Shown piece after piece: positions 50,440 to 58,910 of a stretch of DNA of 64,000 nucleotides (position 1 is its first letter; each line of letters begins with the position of its first letter). The position numbers were made by a program, and so were the translations under genes. The stretch comes from Bacillota bacterium (GTDB taxonomy: Bacteria > Bacillota > Clostridia > Christensenellales > CAG-917), in assembly GCA_023665365.1 (NCBI GenBank), contig JAMPEA010000002.1, positions 5,051 to 69,050 on the forward strand, written 5' to 3'. A model generated the notes under the pieces. It was not told where the DNA came from. It made no database searches and was given only the letters and a program-made list of their open reading frames with translations.

Positions 50440-51600
50440 AAGCAAAAGTTACTTGTAGTTAAAATTTAATAATTTAGCTGATAGGTTTTATAAATACGAG
50501 CAGTGCAATTTAAACAATTCGTTTGAGGTGGCAAAATCAAGCACCTGTCTGGGATAGTTATTAACCCAATCTTCAACCGCCTGTATTTCCTCTTTCGTAA
50601 ACTTCGCAAGGTCTACACCTTTTGGGAGCAAACGGCGAATTTCACGATTAAGTCGTTCATTTGTTCCGCGTTCATAGCTCGAATAAGGATGACAATAATA
50701 CATAATTGTTCGTTTACCTCGATATATAGAACGTTCAAGCCCGATGCAATCGGAAAACTCTGTACCGTTATCAACAGTAATACTACGAAAGACCTGCCTA
50801 AACATTTTACCATAACGACGTTCAAGAATATTTAAACAGCGAATAACACTTTCGGTTTTTTTATTGGGCATCTGCATTATAATTTCCTTACGAGTAAGGC
50901 GTTCGGAAAGAACGAGCAGGGTAGTTTTTGATGCCCCTACGACGCAATCCATTTCCCAGTGACCAAAGCTATCTCGCGCATTTATATCATTTGGGCGATT
51001 TTCAATGCTAATACCTTTCGGTGCGCTTTTTGCTATCGTTGTACGCTTGTGCTTTTTCGGTCGAGATTTAAGCGGCAAGTCTTGCAAATCTATATTGTAA
51101 AATAAGCCCATTTCAATATAACGATAGAGTGTAGTTTTACTTATTTGAGTTTGAAATGGCAATCCTTTACGCTTAATCTCACCGAGAACAGCACACGGCG
51201 ATAGCTTATCTACGAGAACGCGCTTTTCGACATAACGAACAAACTCATAATCATTGCCGATTTTGAGAGGTGCGCCTTTTGAATGTGAATTCATATCACA
51301 TAAATCCTGTGCTTTATTTGGACTATATCGTGTCTCATATTTCCACGTTTGCCCGTCTAAATGCTGATATGAGCCACGTTTCAACTCATTATAAACGGTG
51401 GCAAGACAGACGCCTAATTTTTCGGCGATTTCCTTTTTAGACAATTTAGCACGCAAATATGCTTCTAATTGCAAACGCTGAGTATACGTCAAATTTTTAG
51501 TTCCGCGTTTTTTCATTTTTTCTATCCCCTCGTACAGCAATCGGGGGATAAGTAACGGACGGCAACGCGCTAAACCGCTTTTGCTCGTCCGTTTTACTTA
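50440..51600 (-). mobile_element. IS30-family insertion sequence (ends not resolved)
   Basis: Defined by the transposase ORF. I could not identify convincing terminal inverted repeats, so the boundaries are approximate. Confidence 0.5.
50488..51516 (-). CDS. IS30-family transposase
   Basis: N-terminal HTH 'SKKEIAEKLGVCLATVYNELKR'. DDE region 'HWEMDCV', 'TVDNGTEF' and 'PYSSYERGTNERLNREIRR'. RBS GAGGGGA. Confidence 0.9.
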   Translation of the reverse strand: MKKRGTKNLTYTQRLQLEAYLRAKLSKKEIAEKLGVCLATVYNELKRGSYQHLDGQTWKYETRYSPNKAQDLCDMNSHSKGAPLKIGNDYEFVRYVEKRVLVDKLSPCAVLGEIKRKGLPFQTQISKTTLYRYIEMGLFYNIDLQDLPLKSRPKKHKRTTIAKSAPKGISIENRPNDINARDSFGHWEMDCVVGASKTTLLVLSERLTRKEIIMQMPNKKTESVIRCLNILERRYGKMFRQVFRSITVDNGTEFSDCIGLERSIYRGKRTIMYYCHPYSSYERGTNERLNREIRRLLPKGVDLAKFTKEEIQAVEDWVNNYPRQVLDFATSNELFKLHCSYL

Positions 51601-51683
51601 TAACCCGACTTGCCCCTACTCCTTGACTGATTTCAAACATTGTGTCTGTGACAAAAGGCAAAAAAGAAAAGGAGGTTAATCTT

Positions 51684-51758
51684 GTGAAACTACTAACAAT
51701 CCTGCAAATTCTCTTAGTAGTCCTACAAATCATTAAAGAAATAGATAGGAAAGATTAA
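51684..51758 (+). CDS. 24-aa hydrophobic peptide (type I toxin-like), speculative
   Basis: GGAGG (51671-51675) lies 8 nt before GTG 51684. Peptide 'MKLLTILQILLVVLQIIKEIDRKD': a TM helix plus a charged tail. Confidence 0.3.
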   Translation: MKLLTILQILLVVLQIIKEIDRKD

Positions 51759-52188
51759 CCCCTTTTCTATCGAGGAGTGTAGCACAACGATTGAAGTCTG
51801 TCAAGTTCGCCCGCTGTGCCAGCCCCTAACCACGAGAGGATTTTTTTAAGTGCTTTGCACTTTGGCTATTTCTTCCGCGCTTGCTCCGCAAGCGAATAAA
51901 CAGAGTAGTAGTCTTGGACGTTTCCCTGCTCGAAAAAAAGTCAAGGGTCGTAAAAATAATTTAAAAACTTTTGCCGTTAGCATTGTAAGTTGTAGGCGTC
52001 AAAACTTTTTAAATTTTTTTTATTCTTCGCTTTGCTCGTCCCTTGACTTTTTTCTCACGGACGGTGCACTTGGCAATCTTGGCAGGCAAGAGGTGCAAGC
52101 CACCTTGCACCTCTACCTTAATTATGAGATGAGGATTAAATCGAAAAATTCGTCGCCCCCATTGACGACCAAGGGGAAAGGGTAACAT

Positions 52189-53199
52189 ATGAACAACTAC
52201 TATCAATCCAACAGCGAAACTCGCAACAAAATTCTTTGTCGCTTCTCAATGTTTGACGGCGCGGGTCTTGACTTGACCTCTGCACGTTCCTTTGACGACG
52301 CGCTCGATATGGCGGGTTTGGACTACACCGCAGAGAAAGCACCCATCTTTCTTGAAAATGGCAAGAAGATTGAAAACAACTTCGCTGTCGTAAAATCCGA
52401 CAATCCCGAGCACGTACTCGGTGTAGTAGGCAATCAGTATCAGGCAGTGAGCAACCGCGATGCGTTTGCGATTGCCGAAGAGATTGTCAACGAGGGTTAT
52501 GCCTCTTATGAGGTCGGTGGACCCTCGATGAAATCGAAGAACGCGCTCGATTATGCAAAGAGCTTCCTTGTCCTACGCGGGGACGACTTCAATGTAGGTG
52601 ACGACGTTTTCAATTCGTTTGTCGTTTTCAACAACAGTTTCGACGGCTCGACTGGCGTACAATTTCGAGTTATCTGTCAGCGCGTCGTTTGTATGAACGG
52701 AATGGTTCGTTATCTCGGTGGTATTAAAAATCAGATACGCATTAACGTACAACACACACGCACCGCTAACGAGCGTATTGAGAAAGCGAACAAAATCCTT
52801 ATGCAACGCCAAAACGACATTGAAAGCATAAAGAGAGAGGCGCAAGCATTTACGGCGCAACACTTCACCCGCAAAGAGTTCGAAAAAGAAATTATCCCGC
52901 TTATACTGCGTGAAAAGAAGATGGTCGAGAATGAAAAGGAACGCGAACGCGGATACGAGCGCGTAGACCAAGTTGTATGCCAACTACTGCAAGCGTACAA
53001 CGCCGATGACGTGCAAAATTACGCGGATAGTGCTTATCGCACAATCCTTGCAATTTCAGACTACGAGAGCCACAGCGCACCGCTCCGCGAGACAGGCAAC
53101 GGACAAATATATATGAACAGGATTGTCAAAGGAATGGCACTTACAACTGCCGTTGCTCAATATATCGCAAGCACACGCGGCATAGCAATTAAAGCATAA
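52189..53199 (+). CDS. DUF932 (phage/plasmid-like) protein
   Basis: 'FDDALDMAGLDYTAEKAPIF', 'LGVVGNQYQAVSNRDAF' and 'NSFDGSTGVQF'. Confidence 0.75.
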   Translation: MNNYYQSNSETRNKILCRFSMFDGAGLDLTSARSFDDALDMAGLDYTAEKAPIFLENGKKIENNFAVVKSDNPEHVLGVVGNQYQAVSNRDAFAIAEEIVNEGYASYEVGGPSMKSKNALDYAKSFLVLRGDDFNVGDDVFNSFVVFNNSFDGSTGVQFRVICQRVVCMNGMVRYLGGIKNQIRINVQHTRTANERIEKANKILMQRQNDIESIKREAQAFTAQHFTRKEFEKEIIPLILREKKMVENEKERERGYERVDQVVCQLLQAYNADDVQNYADSAYRTILAISDYESHSAPLRETGNGQIYMNRIVKGMALTTAVAQYIASTRGIAIKA

Positions 53200-53250
53200 C
53201 TGAAATATAAACCGAGGCGGGGCGGTTAATCCCCGCCAAAGGAGAAACTT

Positions 53251-53568
53251 ATGTTATCAATCGAATATATCACAATAGCAAGCCACAAAGCAAATGCAAT
53301 AGACAAAAGAGCAATTTCCGAATTGAAATGGCGAATACTTTCGGACATTGAACTATATCACTTAACCGAAGATTATGGAATAACAAAAGACAGTGCCTGC
53401 GACGAAAGCAACTATATCATAGTTGAAATAGAAGGTTATGAAAATATCGCCTATATCGATTGTGACAATGATTGTATTTACGAAGTAGTACAGCCAATCA
53501 ATAGAGCCGAAAACAAACTATATCCAATGCAGAGAGTTGAAATTAAGCCTATCTATAAGAGGCTTTGA
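53251..53568 (+). CDS. hypothetical acidic protein (105 aa)
   Basis: RBS AAAGGAG. No recognised family. Confidence 0.45.
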   Translation: MLSIEYITIASHKANAIDKRAISELKWRILSDIELYHLTEDYGITKDSACDESNYIIVEIEGYENIAYIDCDNDCIYEVVQPINRAENKLYPMQRVEIKPIYKRL

Positions 53569-53620
53569 TAATTTAACTAACCGACCGCAGGCGGTATATC
53601 CTGCGGAAAGGATGAATGCG

Positions 53621-54184
53621 ATGAACAAAGCGGTAATGATTAGTATTCAACCGAAATGGTGCGAACTTATAACAATCGAAAAAAAGCTGATAGAGGTACG
53701 CAAAACTCGCCCGTCCATAGAAACGCCGTTTAAGTGCTATATCTATGAAACAAAAAGTAGGACGAAATATTGGTCGCAACCTATGCCTATTCCGTATACA
53801 GAGGGCAGAGGAAAGGTTATCGGCGAGTTTATCTGCGATAGGATTGACGAGTATAACACGTCGTGGTTGGACGGAGAAGATAGATTAGAGCATACTACTT
53901 ATCTTGACGATGAGGAAATTATGGACTATATGAACGGGTATCTTGATAAAAAGTTTTACGGCTGGCATATATCCGACCTTAAAATCTACGACACGCCGAA
54001 AGAGTTGGGGGAGTTTGAAAGAGAGTGTTTCGAGGATTTTTATAAAGGTATTGGTTCAAAAGTCTGCCATAAGTGCGACCAATATCTGATGACTACAATG
54101 TATGAGCCGTGTGATTGTAAAAATGGCGGATATAAACCGCTTACCCGTCCACCGCAATCGTGGCAATTTGTTGAGGAGGTGTGA
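53621..54184 (+). CDS. ASCH-like domain protein
   Basis: 'MISIQPKWCELITIEKKLIEVRKTRP' is an ASCH-type N-terminus. ATG 53612 is an alternative start. Confidence 0.55.
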   Translation: MNKAVMISIQPKWCELITIEKKLIEVRKTRPSIETPFKCYIYETKSRTKYWSQPMPIPYTEGRGKVIGEFICDRIDEYNTSWLDGEDRLEHTTYLDDEEIMDYMNGYLDKKFYGWHISDLKIYDTPKELGEFERECFEDFYKGIGSKVCHKCDQYLMTTMYEPCDCKNGGYKPLTRPPQSWQFVEEV

Positions 54185-54185
54185 T

Positions 54186-54584
54186 ATGGAAAGATTGACA
54201 GAAAGCAGTTTAGATAGCGGTTTTATCGATGACGATTTGATTTTAAGGCAAGCATATAACCGCCTTGCCGAGTTAGAGGACAAGATAGAGAACGGCACGC
54301 TTGTAGAAGTGCCTTGCAAAATAGGTGACATTGTGTATCAAGTATGTAATGCTTGTGGTTTATGGGATATAGAAGAGTGGCGAATAACAAGTACACAAAT
54401 GACTGACGGAAAACTAACGCTAATAAATGTAGAAAGTGATATACCGTTCGTGATAAAAGTGCGCAAATCATTTGAATACCCGCTCGGACAAAATTTATTT
54501 TTCACTCGTAAGAAAGCGGAAAAGAGATTGGAGGAATTGAAAAATGAAAGAAATAATAAGGTTGACGAGCTTACACAGCATTGA
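54186..54584 (+). CDS. hypothetical phage-type protein (132 aa)
   Basis: RBS GAGGAGG. Starts 1 nt after the upstream stop. Confidence 0.5.
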   Translation: MERLTESSLDSGFIDDDLILRQAYNRLAELEDKIENGTLVEVPCKIGDIVYQVCNACGLWDIEEWRITSTQMTDGKLTLINVESDIPFVIKVRKSFEYPLGQNLFFTRKKAEKRLEELKNERNNKVDELTQH

Positions 54585-54775
54585 GAGTTGCAGAGACAAA
54601 CACAGAGGATGGCGAATAGCCGTCCTCTGTGTTTGCGAGCGTTTACCCAATGCCAAGCCCTTTATGCCGTAAACGCTATGGAGCACGCACATATAAATTT
54701 TTGCCGAATACTTGCACACCCGCGCGAATTATGTTAAACTTTATCCAATTTATAGATATTTCAAGGGGTTATACT

Positions 54776-55480
54776 ATGGCTGAAAATGAATTGATTTGCC
54801 CGATTTGTGGCGAACCTACATTCAAAATGTACGGAAATTATAGAAAAGACGGACTTTGTGCAGAACACGGCAGACAAGCCAAAGCAAAAGAGATTGTACA
54901 ATGTCCCGATTGTGGTAAATGGCACAAAGCCGATGAAAGTTGTGCATGCAAAAACACAGTGCTGCCAGAACTGCCCGAAAACGCAGAAAACGAACTGAAT
55001 TGCATAATTTGCGGAAAGCCATCCAATGGAAAACATTTTTGCTACAACTGTTGGTCAAAATATAAAGACAAATCGATTGACATAAGAATAACAAACTGCA
55101 ACTCAACACAAATACTTGATGAATACGGCACAAGAAGAAAAAAAGCAAAGGACGGAAGGTTTGTTCGCAGTCTATCAGAAAAAATCATCATCGATTATTT
55201 TTTCGATAATTTTATAAGAGTTGTATATGAAAAAACTATACCTTATGTGAACGAGAAAGGGGAAGATAAAGAACTGCATCCAGATTTTTATCTAACAGAT
55301 TACGATTTATATATTGAGTTTAATGGATTAACTGATAAAGCATATTTAAGAAAAAAAGAATATGCAAATGCAATTTACAAGCAAAAAGGCTTAAAGGTCG
55401 AAATACTCGAAAGCGATGACACAGACGATATAGAAAAGACAATGCAACGATTACTCAGTAAATATAAAAAAAACAATTAA
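54776..55480 (+). CDS. zinc-ribbon protein with C-terminal PD-(D/E)xK-like nuclease domain
   Basis: Three CxxC pairs ('CPICG', 'CPDCG', 'CIICG..CYNC'). C-terminus 'RSLSEKIIIDYF...LHPDFYLTDYDLYIEFNG' resembles Vsr/DUF2726-type nuclease cores. Confidence 0.5.
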   Translation: MAENELICPICGEPTFKMYGNYRKDGLCAEHGRQAKAKEIVQCPDCGKWHKADESCACKNTVLPELPENAENELNCIICGKPSNGKHFCYNCWSKYKDKSIDIRITNCNSTQILDEYGTRRKKAKDGRFVRSLSEKIIIDYFFDNFIRVVYEKTIPYVNEKGEDKELHPDFYLTDYDLYIEFNGLTDKAYLRKKEYANAIYKQKGLKVEILESDDTDDIEKTMQRLLSKYKKNN

Positions 55481-55483
55481 AAC

Positions 55484-55510
55484 AAGGGAGCTGTTTTGCT
55501 CCCTTATTTT
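55484..55510. terminator. bidirectional terminator between convergent modules
   Basis: Stem aagggagc/gctccctt followed by 'atttt'. Confidence 0.7.
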
Positions 55511-55511
55511 A

Positions 55512-55763
55512 TCACTTTTTCACTATAAAATTAACAGACCGACCGTTTTCACGCTTTACGCTCTCATAAACACGTTTCCGCTCATCTTTGGATAATATTC
55601 GACCACAGTGATTTTGAGCCCAAATAACACTCTTGTGATATCCTCTTCGGATATTAAATATCCTGCCTTTTTCGGGCGAAGTGGATAACCATTTTCTTTC
55701 GTTCATATCAGCCAAAGTACTATGTCTATTATTAGAAGCAATCACATTGTTTTTCTTTGCCAT
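55512..55763 (-). CDS. small basic hypothetical protein (83 aa)
   Basis: RBS AAAGGAA. Last gene of the minus-strand module. Confidence 0.5.
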   Translation of the reverse strand: MAKKNNVIASNNRHSTLADMNERKWLSTSPEKGRIFNIRRGYHKSVIWAQNHCGRILSKDERKRVYESVKRENGRSVNFIVKK

Positions 55764-55807
55764 AATATAAATTCCTTTTCCCTTATCCCTGGGAGCGAGG
55801 TAATGTT

Positions 55808-57949
55808 TTATTTTCTTTTATCGCTGTCCTTTATCTTCGCGAGGTCGTTGAAGAAATAACTATTTTCAGACAGCATTTCATCGAAGCTCGCTTTTTCAGT
55901 GGCGAACTCGGGTAGGTCATTAAGTCCAACAGGGGAGCGCATAGATTTTTCGGCGAACACCTCGCTGAAACAATCAGTAGAAAATCTGCGCGAGTATATC
56001 TTTTTAGACATAAGATAGTATTTTTTATCTTTGCGACCACCGTCCTGCGTTCCTTGTTCAACTTGCAAATTAACTTTCATATAACCGAACTGGTTGTATA
56101 TTCGCTTGTAATGATTTTGGATTGCAGTCATCACAGTTTTTATTAAGTGCATAGCTAAGGTATTGTCGCCTCTATAAAACCTGTATTTTGTATAGACGTT
56201 TTGGAACTTTCCAAAGAGCCACGTATACAACATTTCTTCCAAACCGAAGAAAGGCATTGCAAGCTCCATATCGGAGCAATCGTCTATATGTACGATTTCG
56301 CACAAATCACGCGCATCCGCGCCCCAACTTTCGGGACGCTGTTCGTCCGTCAAAATCTTAATAAAAGGGAAGTTGTCCACGGTTGCTTTATGACGCGCCA
56401 TTTTGAGTGAATAATTGAACAAGTCATTATTTTGGTTTGCGTCGTCGCAATTCTTTTTCTTGCCTTGATTTTCAAGATTGTTACCGCGTTCCTTTCCTAT
56501 TTCCGTGATAGATACGACACCGAACTCAAAACTATTAGAATAACGACCGTCCTCTACAAGCTGTTTTCCGAGGCGCAGACTATCAAAATCGAGAATATGC
56601 GCGTGGCGGCTGAAACTGTCTATCAATCTGCTATCTCGTTGAAAGAAATCGCTATTCCAAAGAGGGAAGTTGCCCACGTCGTCTATCAAAGCGTCTGTGC
56701 GAACGGAATAGTTGCTGACCATAAGCGAGCTTTCTATAACGTAGATGAAATATAACTGTGCATACGTTTTGACGACACTCCAAATATCTTCCTCAAAAAG
56801 TTTGTTGTCATAGAAAAGCCCATATTGTTCGTAATCATATCCAAACAGTTTTTCTTTACAGGGTTGCTTTGTCCAACGTGCTTGCTTTTTGTCCACAAAC
56901 CTTTTTACGGTCGCAAGATTATATACTTGATGATATTCAACCGCCGTCCTAAGTTCCATTTCAAGATTTATCCAAGGAAAATGCGGGAATTTCAAGTCGT
57001 TTTCAAGTATTTTTTCAAATGCCGTATCTCGAAATATAACCTCGCACGATAAGTCCATATCCGTGACAATGGTCGTCTTTTTCTTTCCCATAGTGCCGAC
57101 AAGCATAACCACAATACATAGCGATTTTATAAAACCGCAATTCATCGCTTCCATATGGCGGAGTAGGGAATAACCTATTTTTTTGCGCATATGGTCGAAT
57201 ATTATAAGCCCTATCAATACCCACGCTATAACAGGCAATCCGCCGAACATTAAAGATAAATCGAGGATTAACTTGTAAAGCTGAAACACAATATTAACTA
57301 CGTCGATACTAAATGCGAAGTAGATTATAAATGCAAATGTTTCCGCCATAATGGATAGTACATTCAGATTTACAAGCCATATAAAAAGCCACAATTTCCA
57401 CCATAAGCTATGATTGCGAACGAAAGATATATAATCAGACAACCATAAGCGGGCAGGATTATATACTTTCTTATATAACAGCTTATGTATTCGTAAAGGC
57501 TTAGTATCTTTGTCATAGTCATTGTTTTGACGATAAAATATATCTTTCATCAGCTGAAATATAAGTATCGAAACCATTACAACTATAAGCAACACGCCGA
57601 TACCAAAAACTATAATAGGCGCAAGAGACAATAAATAGCCTTTAAAATTACTCAAATCCGCAAATGCTTTCCAATACTCGACAAATGACAATTTAAATTC
57701 ATCGAAGCCGCTTATAATAGGGAAGTCCACGGTTGATACTTGCGTTACGGTAGGCGTTATATTATGCCTAATATCGAATAAGGTGCAAAAGCTGTATGCA
57801 ATCGACGTTCCCGCATCACGGATTGCCTCCACGATGCGGAACAGGGCAGGGCGATATACAAAAGCCGTTAGCAACATAAATATAACAGTTATCAAAATAC
57901 AGATATAATGACGATAGTCTATATTTTTTATTTTCGATATAAGTTTCAT
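55808..57949 (-). CDS. polytopic membrane protein with C-terminal P-loop NTPase (Zot/pI-like motifs)
   Basis: ~6 N-terminal TM segments. Walker A-like 'GTMGKKKTT', Walker B-like 'GVVSITEIG', and 'LKMARHKATVDNFPFIKILTDEQ' reminiscent of Zot 'HRH...itQ'. Start set at ATG 57949. Confidence 0.5.
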   Translation of the reverse strand: MKLISKIKNIDYRHYICILITVIFMLLTAFVYRPALFRIVEAIRDAGTSIAYSFCTLFDIRHNITPTVTQVSTVDFPIISGFDEFKLSFVEYWKAFADLSNFKGYLLSLAPIIVFGIGVLLIVVMVSILIFQLMKDIFYRQNNDYDKDTKPLRIHKLLYKKVYNPARLWLSDYISFVRNHSLWWKLWLFIWLVNLNVLSIMAETFAFIIYFAFSIDVVNIVFQLYKLILDLSLMFGGLPVIAWVLIGLIIFDHMRKKIGYSLLRHMEAMNCGFIKSLCIVVMLVGTMGKKKTTIVTDMDLSCEVIFRDTAFEKILENDLKFPHFPWINLEMELRTAVEYHQVYNLATVKRFVDKKQARWTKQPCKEKLFGYDYEQYGLFYDNKLFEEDIWSVVKTYAQLYFIYVIESSLMVSNYSVRTDALIDDVGNFPLWNSDFFQRDSRLIDSFSRHAHILDFDSLRLGKQLVEDGRYSNSFEFGVVSITEIGKERGNNLENQGKKKNCDDANQNNDLFNYSLKMARHKATVDNFPFIKILTDEQRPESWGADARDLCEIVHIDDCSDMELAMPFFGLEEMLYTWLFGKFQNVYTKYRFYRGDNTLAMHLIKTVMTAIQNHYKRIYNQFGYMKVNLQVEQGTQDGGRKDKKYYLMSKKIYSRRFSTDCFSEVFAEKSMRSPVGLNDLPEFATEKASFDEMLSENSYFFNDLAKIKDSDKRK

Positions 57950-58047
57950 TACGCTACCGCCTTTCCCGTATAAATGAGATAGCCTATTAAAAATGCGATT
58001 GCCAACAGAAATACGATTATGCATATACGCTTAAATGTTTTCATAGG

Positions 58048-58248
58048 TTAAATCTCCACATATCCTTTTGCTTGCAAATACTCCCGATTTTGTGCATTGT
58101 CTACGTACACGCCGCCGACGTTTGCAAAGCCGTATTTAGCACAAGCCGAACCGTAGGCAATATCCTTATTTTCGCCTTGAATTGTTGTAAATTTGTTATC
58201 ATTAAGAGTGCCGAACCCGAACACTATCAAATACTGTCGCTTAACCAT
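58048..58248 (-). CDS. small hypothetical protein (66 aa)
   Basis: ATG 58248 with an AAGGA RBS. The longer ORF to 58332 lacks an RBS. Confidence 0.4.
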   Translation of the reverse strand: MVKRQYLIVFGFGTLNDNKFTTIQGENKDIAYGSACAKYGFANVGGVYVDNAQNREYLQAKGYVEI

Positions 58249-58455
58249 TAAACACCGTCCTTTTTGAAAGTACACTTTCAATTTTCCCATTCTTTTACTG
58301 TTTTGCAAATTTTGTTTGACTTTTGTCTGCAATTTTTTTATACTGTCGATAGTGATAGTTGCTAAGCAATTTTGCGAGGTCTATCGGCAAGCACCGCTTC
58401 TTTCAGCGGTGGACGAGGCAACAATCCTCATCAACAGCGTCCCAATAAGTCGCTG

Positions 58456-58905
58456 TTATTTTTTACGCAAAATATTTTTGATTTTAATTTTGTCGTTTGT
58501 CGTCAAAGGTTTTGTGTCCTCGATATACTTATCCTCATAAATATTGCTACGGTCTATCCACGCACGCCTATCGCCGACTTGACGATTATGGTCGTTATCA
58601 AGAATAATTGCTTTTGTGGTGCGTCCAACTATTGGAGCAACAAACAACTTTCCGCTTTTATCCTCATCTATAACGGCGCATAAACGAGGTTTATGTATCT
58701 GATTGCCAAATACTTTATCGTCAGTGACTACAAGCCTCGGCTCGTTATATGTTCGTTCGTTAATAGAACTTAGTTCAGAAATACGAGTTTTGGCATATTT
58801 GCGTTGTGCTTCCGATAAACTCTTATCGCTGATGCGCGTTTTAAAGTAATTCAACTTCTCACGCACAGAGTAATACTTTTTCCCTGTCTTTCCGTGTATA
58901 AACAT
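58456..58905 (-). CDS. basic hypothetical protein (149 aa), possible PemK/SH3-like fold
   Basis: RBS AAGGAG overlaps the upstream stop. 'KPRLCAVIDEDKSGKLFVAPIVGRTT' is vaguely MazF/PemK-like. Confidence 0.4.
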   Translation of the reverse strand: MFIHGKTGKKYYSVREKLNYFKTRISDKSLSEAQRKYAKTRISELSSINERTYNEPRLVVTDDKVFGNQIHKPRLCAVIDEDKSGKLFVAPIVGRTTKAIILDNDHNRQVGDRRAWIDRSNIYEDKYIEDTKPLTTNDKIKIKNILRKK

Positions 58906-58910
58906 ACTTA

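Noticed and set aside
46313-51600. tRNA-Ser as the attachment site of the 51.5-64 kb element
   Set aside because: I found no duplicate of the tRNA 3' end at the element border. About 4 kb of host-like polysaccharide-export and lipid-kinase genes lie between them.
50400-51650. Terminal inverted repeats of the IS30 element
   Set aside because: Only short (7-9 nt) ambiguous matches were found by eye, so the boundaries are left approximate.
51850-52185. 111-aa plus-strand ORF upstream of DUF932
   Set aside because: It has no RBS, low-complexity composition, and spans the inverted repeats and hairpins.
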